From: an uncultured Methanosarcinales archaeon
GTDB taxonomy: Archaea; Nanobdellota; Nanobdellia; Woesearchaeales; UBA9642
NCBI GenBank assembly: GCA_964594025.1
Contig: CAZQLC010000003.1
Span: forward strand, 1 to 28,872
Length of the DNA stretch: 28,872 nt
Direction of reading: 5' to 3'
Shown here: one piece after another, positions 24,282 to 28,872 of the stretch
How the letters are laid out: each line of letters starts with the position of its first letter
Numbering within the stretch: position 1 is the stretch's first letter
Translations under genes and position numbers: made by a program
Notes under the pieces: model-generated
Seen by the model: only the letters and a program-made list of their open reading frames with translations
Told to the model about the DNA's origin: nothing
The model's database searches: none

Positions 24282-25522
24282 TTTTGCACCCTTTTAAATA
24301 CTAAATCAAAAAATACTCCTAACCAGACAACGCCCATAAGAAGATAATAAAACAGAAAATATGTGAACAAGCTGAAAACACCTTTCCTGAACATCCTTTC
24401 ATTTGCATGCCTGACTGAATTTACAAAAAATATCAGGCTCATAAAAATCATGATTATTATTGTTATCAAAGCCATATAATCAAGGTCAAGCATATTGAAG
24501 TTTAAACTGAAGCTGTATAATAAAGTCATGAAATCAAAATCAACTGAGGCAAAATTAGAAAAGTTGGTTATAAGGGGAGGTATAATACGGTTAACCATAA
24601 GAAATAAAAGTACAACAACAATAACCCCTGATAATAATATAGAAGGCATTTGCAGCATACCAAAATTTCCGTATTCTCTATTAAAGAGCATTTTCCTGTA
24701 ATCTATAACATTCAGTGTTGAGCCTTTAAACCAGCGGTTTCTCTGCTTTATTACTCCTTTTATGTCTTTTGGTGCTATTGTATAAACCTCAGTATCATAA
24801 GTCTGCACAACCCTGTATTTATATTTGTGCATCCTGAAAACAATTTCAAGGTCCTCAGTAAGGTTATTCTCATCAAAACCCCCTAATTTTTCAAGAATGG
24901 ACTTCCTGTATATTGAAAACGGGCCCGGGGCTACATGAATACAATTTAATGTATTCATCAGTTTTTTATAGAACATATTTATCATATATTCATACCATTG
25001 TATCTTCTGGATATTTGAATCTGCATTCTTTATTTTCATCAAAGGTAGTACTGCTCCTATTTTTCTGTCAGAACTAAAATAAGGAAGCATTTTTTTCAGG
25101 GCATCCTCCCTTACAAAAGAATCGGCATCAAGGCACACAAAAAATTCCCCTCTGGACTCTTTTAAGCCGAGGTTCAGGGCTTTTCCCTTTCCGCCGTTCT
25201 TTTTATTTATAAGCCTTAAAGGCTGTTCAGGATTATTTTTTATCATATGTTTTACTATATTTCGGGTATTGTCTGTAGAGCCGTCATTTACAACCATTAT
25301 CTCTATTTTGTCTTTTGGATAGTCAAGATTGAATAAAGACATTATACTGCCTTTTATTGAGTCTTCCTCATTATATGCCGGGATTATTATAGAAACAAAA
25401 GGATACTTTTTTATTGGTTTTTTTTCAGGATGATGATTATTTTCAAACAAGACCATGATCCAGAATACTCCCAGATACAAAGAGATAAAGTACACTGTCC
25501 AAAATAAGATGGTAAGTATCAT
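24275..25522 (-). CDS. Processive GT2 glycosyltransferase (cellulose/PNAG synthase-like)
   Basis: IIPAYNEE, NDGSTD, KGKALN, LDADS, TEDL and QRNRW (D,D,D,QxxRW signature), with N- and C-terminal TM helices. Confidence 0.9.
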   Translation of the reverse strand: MILTILFWTVYFISLYLGVFWIMVLFENNHHPEKKPIKKYPFVSIIIPAYNEEDSIKGSIMSLFNLDYPKDKIEIMVVNDGSTDNTRNIVKHMIKNNPEQPLRLINKKNGGKGKALNLGLKESRGEFFVCLDADSFVREDALKKMLPYFSSDRKIGAVLPLMKIKNADSNIQKIQWYEYMINMFYKKLMNTLNCIHVAPGPFSIYRKSILEKLGGFDENNLTEDLEIVFRMHKYKYRVVQTYDTEVYTIAPKDIKGVIKQRNRWFKGSTLNVIDYRKMLFNREYGNFGMLQMPSILLSGVIVVVLLFLMVNRIIPPLITNFSNFASVDFDFMTLLYSFSLNFNMLDLDYMALITIIIMIFMSLIFFVNSVRHANERMFRKGVFSLFTYFLFYYLLMGVVWLGVFFDLVFKRVQKW

Positions 25523-25527
25523 TTTTA

Positions 25528-26922
25528 TTATGAGGGATTATATTCCCACAGCTCGACACCATTAAATTCCCTGATTTTAATAAACTTTTCGTTATAATAC
25601 AATAAAAACAATAACCCTTTTAACGGCCTGGGCCATATATCCTCCCTGCTTTTTTCATCTATTACAACATATTTTATTTCATTCTCATCGAAAATCCTGC
25701 TCGTAGTTTTTATGTTCTGTGAGTCAAACAATGAATAGAACTCCTCATATTTCTTTGGCTTTGTATGCTTGTACTCATAATACAATGCAGGCTCCCTTTC
25801 TGCAATATGCCTGATAAACATATCATTTTCAGGATGCGACAATACCTTATAATCGGGGTCAGAATGCTTTTTCAGGTATAACAATGCTTTTTCCATATCA
25901 GTGGAAGGCTCTTCTGTAGTCAAAGATGAAATAGTAAAAACTGTCGAGAATACCATACTGAATATTATAATTGAGATTACAAAATCCTTAAGCAGTGAGA
26001 AATCCCAGTACCTTTCAATAAGATATATTATTCCTGAGGAAGCATAAAACACCATTACAAGATTGCAGAATAATCTTGCGGGGGGACTGAAAAAAGATAT
26101 AAATAAAAGAGTGAAAAATGCCAGATGGGGCAAAACAAAATAAAATGACCTTTTCCAGTTTACTGAAAGCCCCAGTATGAAAAGTATGATAAGGAAAACA
26201 GGAAACCCTGTATATGGGCCTATTTCAGAGAAATAATTTGCAATACCTATATCGGGGTCAAAAAAATTCAGGATCTTATTGTTAAAAACAAAAAAGCTGA
26301 GGACTAATGATGTAAAAGGGATTATAACTAAGGAAAGCCAGTATTTTGATTTTTTGTATTCTGACATGTATAGAAGATAAGATACAAAAAACAGGAACAT
26401 AAGGATAAATGAGAATAACTCTGTCAGGGCAAGAAGAACAAGAAATAATGATGCCCAGTTTAGCCTGTTTCTTAAAGTCAGTAATACAACTGAAAGTGAG
26501 ATGACAATTATGAATGAATAAGGAGTAAAGGCAGTTGACATAAAGATTATAAAAGGTGAGACTATAAAAAAAAGCATTCCGAAAAATAACTCTTTCTGGT
26601 TAATTTTGGGGTTGGTAATTGATTTTATCTCAAGCATCACAAAATAAAAAAGGATGAAACTTAAGATGCCAAATAAAAATGGGAGCGCCTGTGTGATAAA
26701 GTTCAATGTAAAAGCCTTTTCAAGCATAGCTACAATAAAATGGAAAAGATTGAAGTTATGTATATTTATTGATAAGGGTATGTTGTTCAGATGTATATAT
26801 GACTCATAGCTGAAAGTATGGGTATGATCCCGGATATTCCTCAGCCTCGGAGGTATAAGTATAAGGATTATAAATATAAAAAACAATGCTATAAGCCATT
26901 TTTTATCCTTCATTTTCCGCAC
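25528..26922 (-). CDS. Polytopic membrane protein, probable GT-C fold glycosyltransferase
   Basis: Roughly a dozen TM helices, then a soluble C-terminal domain (ALLYLKKH...VLSHPE...IKYVVID) of the kind found at the end of STT3/PMT-like proteins. Overlaps the upstream gene by 13 nt. Confidence 0.55.
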   Translation of the reverse strand: MRKMKDKKWLIALFFIFIILILIPPRLRNIRDHTHTFSYESYIHLNNIPLSINIHNFNLFHFIVAMLEKAFTLNFITQALPFLFGILSFILFYFVMLEIKSITNPKINQKELFFGMLFFIVSPFIIFMSTAFTPYSFIIVISLSVVLLTLRNRLNWASLFLVLLALTELFSFILMFLFFVSYLLYMSEYKKSKYWLSLVIIPFTSLVLSFFVFNNKILNFFDPDIGIANYFSEIGPYTGFPVFLIILFILGLSVNWKRSFYFVLPHLAFFTLLFISFFSPPARLFCNLVMVFYASSGIIYLIERYWDFSLLKDFVISIIIFSMVFSTVFTISSLTTEEPSTDMEKALLYLKKHSDPDYKVLSHPENDMFIRHIAEREPALYYEYKHTKPKKYEEFYSLFDSQNIKTTSRIFDENEIKYVVIDEKSREDIWPRPLKGLLFLLYYNEKFIKIREFNGVELWEYNPS

Positions 26923-28415
26923 CCGTACCCATAAATCTCTATTATCGGCTCCCCTATGTTTGACTGATAAAGCAAATCAAAACATAAAAGGTCATCTTTT
27001 GTATAGACTATATCTTCTATATTAAATTCATCTTTTATTGAATCTGAAAGATATATATAATCAACCCCGTAATAATTAAGTTTCTCTGCTGCCGGGCTCT
27101 CTAATCTTGAGGTGTATATTATCCTTATGTCCTGCAGCCTTGTCTCAACATCATTCATGAGAAGAAAGTTATTATCTGCAACATTCATAGTATTAGAATA
27201 ATAATTTAATAAATACCCTTTATCTGCTGTTATAAGGGTTGTCTCTGCAGGGTTTGAATGCTCCTGTAACCATCTCAGTGAATCAACCTCACTCTCAGTG
27301 GGTGTTTTACTCAGAGAGTCCCTGGCTGTCTTTACTGAGCTGAATCCTGAGGAAAGCAGGAATATGCCCACAAAAAATATCAGCATGAACCTGTATATGA
27401 ATGAAATCTTAGTCTTGGTAAAATAGATGTAGAATATTTTCAGTGTAAAAGATGAGGCAATGACCATAAGCATAGATAATATTAATAATCCTGTCTTTAA
27501 TTCTATTAATGTGAAGAAAAGAAGGATGAATATCAAGGAAGCCATTGCAGTTATAAGGAAAACAACCTTGTTTTTTCTCTCATGGAATGCAAAATACATT
27601 GCAAGGACGCCAAGTATGAGGGGGAGTATGCCTATATATGAAAACATCTGGGGGAAGCTAAGGCTTATGAAATATTCCCTTAAAACTGTCTGGGGAAGGT
27701 TTTTCCATATAACTCTTATACCATGGTTAACAAGCGCGTTTTTGTATATCAAAAGGTTTGCCCAGACTGAAAGGAACAGTGCAAAAAGAACCCATTCAAT
27801 TCTTCCTGTCCTCACCTGCTTCTGCTCAATCCTGCATATTGCAACATATACCAGAAGGCCTAACACTAATATAAAAACAAGTGGTGATGAGAAAACCAGG
27901 AGTATTAATAGAAATATTGACCAGTTCAGGTGGTTTTTGTTTTCGAGGTTCAGGAATAATAATAAGATAATAAACATTATGATTATCGAGAAATAATCTG
28001 TGGTTAATGTGTTTATGTCAAGAAACCACACAGGTATGAAAACAGATAAAAAAGATGTTATTAATGAAATATTCTTGTTTTTTGTTATTTTATATGAAAA
28101 AAAGTATATTATAAAGATTACCGAAGAAGCGAGTATGTTGGGGATAAGCTTTACAGCAATATTAAGGGGCATAAAAAGGCTGAAAAATGCAAGAAAGTAA
28201 TAATATGCCGGAGTGAACAGAAATGTTCTTCCCTGGTAACTAAGAGGATCATTGAACAAGGGGAATCCTGTTTTTGATATGTGCTCAATCTGCCTTAAGG
28301 CAAAATAAGCATCATAATCCATATATTTTGTCTGGAAAGCAAAGAATAATCTTAGAGATAAAACTACAAAGAAAAATACCCACAGCCAGAACCAAGGCTT
28401 TCTTATGTTTCTCAT
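26910..28415 (-). CDS. Polytopic membrane protein, GT-C fold (STT3/PMT-like) glycosyltransferase
   Basis: First loop DYDAYFALRQIEHI...FNDPLSYQGR...PAYYY resembles the first external loop of GT-C enzymes. C-terminal domain SLRWLQEH...YGVDYIYLS. No WWDYG motif. Confidence 0.65.
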   Translation of the reverse strand: MRNIRKPWFWLWVFFFVVLSLRLFFAFQTKYMDYDAYFALRQIEHISKTGFPLFNDPLSYQGRTFLFTPAYYYFLAFFSLFMPLNIAVKLIPNILASSVIFIIYFFSYKITKNKNISLITSFLSVFIPVWFLDINTLTTDYFSIIIMFIILLLFLNLENKNHLNWSIFLLILLVFSSPLVFILVLGLLVYVAICRIEQKQVRTGRIEWVLFALFLSVWANLLIYKNALVNHGIRVIWKNLPQTVLREYFISLSFPQMFSYIGILPLILGVLAMYFAFHERKNKVVFLITAMASLIFILLFFTLIELKTGLLILSMLMVIASSFTLKIFYIYFTKTKISFIYRFMLIFFVGIFLLSSGFSSVKTARDSLSKTPTESEVDSLRWLQEHSNPAETTLITADKGYLLNYYSNTMNVADNNFLLMNDVETRLQDIRIIYTSRLESPAAEKLNYYGVDYIYLSDSIKDEFNIEDIVYTKDDLLCFDLLYQSNIGEPIIEIYGYGCGK

Positions 28416-28498
28416 TAATTATAGAGATAGGTTATTGTTTAAAAATGTTTTTTAATTTTGGTAATGTTTATAAACTATATTTCTTTTCCTGATATAAA

Positions 28499-28872
28499 AT
28501 GAAAAAGAATATTGAACACTCTCTTCCCAAAGGGATTAAAATAGGGGAAATAAAAGAAAGATCCAACACTTATCAAAGAAAAATTGGTTTGGATATATTG
28601 CTGACAAAAAAACCCATACAAAAAGACAAGAAAGGCATTAAATCATTAAAAGAGCTGGAAAGAATTCTGATAGAAAACGACTTCACCATAATTTATACTA
28701 GTGAAAGAAGAATTTTAAGGGTTCAGAGGATTATTAAGGGAATACGTGAAGAAAGAAATGATTATCCGACTTCTTACACAATAAAAATGGGAAATACGCC
28801 CGGGCATATAAGATTGAGGGTAAAAAGCCCCATAAGCAATAAAGACCCTGAGAAACTTGTAGATATCTTATC
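28499..28872 (+). CDS. Hypothetical basic protein, 3'-truncated by the window edge
   Basis: Not in the ORF track. Open frame from the ATG at 28499 to the window end: MKKNIEHSLPKGIKIGEIKERSNTYQRKIGLDILLTKKP...KSPISNKDPEKLVDIL. Confidence 0.6.
   Translation, partial: MKKNIEHSLPKGIKIGEIKERSNTYQRKIGLDILLTKKPIQKDKKGIKSLKELERILIENDFTIIYTSERRILRVQRIIKGIREERNDYPTSYTIKMGNTPGHIRLRVKSPISNKDPEKLVDIL

Noticed and set aside
1471-28492. Numerous 60-195 aa ORFs antisense to or nested in the main genes (e.g. 12773-13360, 19635-20123, 27460-27996)
   Set aside because: These are shadow frames of well-supported genes, with Ser/Phe/Leu-rich composition typical of antisense translation.
1-28872. CRISPR array, tRNA/rRNA genes, transposases or prophage genes
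   Set aside because: No regularly spaced repeats, cloverleaf or rRNA signatures, or mobile-element motifs were seen by eye.
1-28872. Alternative genetic code (TGA or TAG reassignment)
   Set aside because: The standard code gives full-length proteins, and TGA terminates genes at expected positions (e.g. the pilin and the 497 aa protein).

Overview
Compact, AT-rich chromosomal segment that reads as archaeal, most likely DPANN (Woesearchaeota-like; inference). Evidence: archaeal DnaG, archaeal RNase J, a class III signal-peptide pilin, BRE/TATA promoters, GAGGTGA ribosome-binding sites, and a LeuRS with an archaeal-type C-terminal domain. About 23 coding loci are present: truD (partial), NUDIX, a fused MNT-HEPN protein, an endonuclease IV-like TIM barrel with a large insertion, two uncharacterised proteins, a CPA2 antiporter, a frameshifted membrane pyrophosphatase, acs, dnaG, a metallophosphoesterase, rnj, a SurA-N/thioredoxin-like surface protein, an orphan, leuS, a pilin, a sigma-70-family protein, a short NFACT protein, a four-gene glycosyltransferase operon and a partial ORF. 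I found no tRNA, rRNA, CRISPR array or transposase. Two signals stand out. (1) An unannotated 140-150 nt Y-shaped (three-way junction) element occurs twice (2031-2184 and 6420-6559) with clear compensatory base changes, and the two copies bracket three uncharacterised genes. (2) A bacterial RpoD-like sigma factor sits in an archaeal context. All protein calls come from motif recognition by eye; no database search was run.
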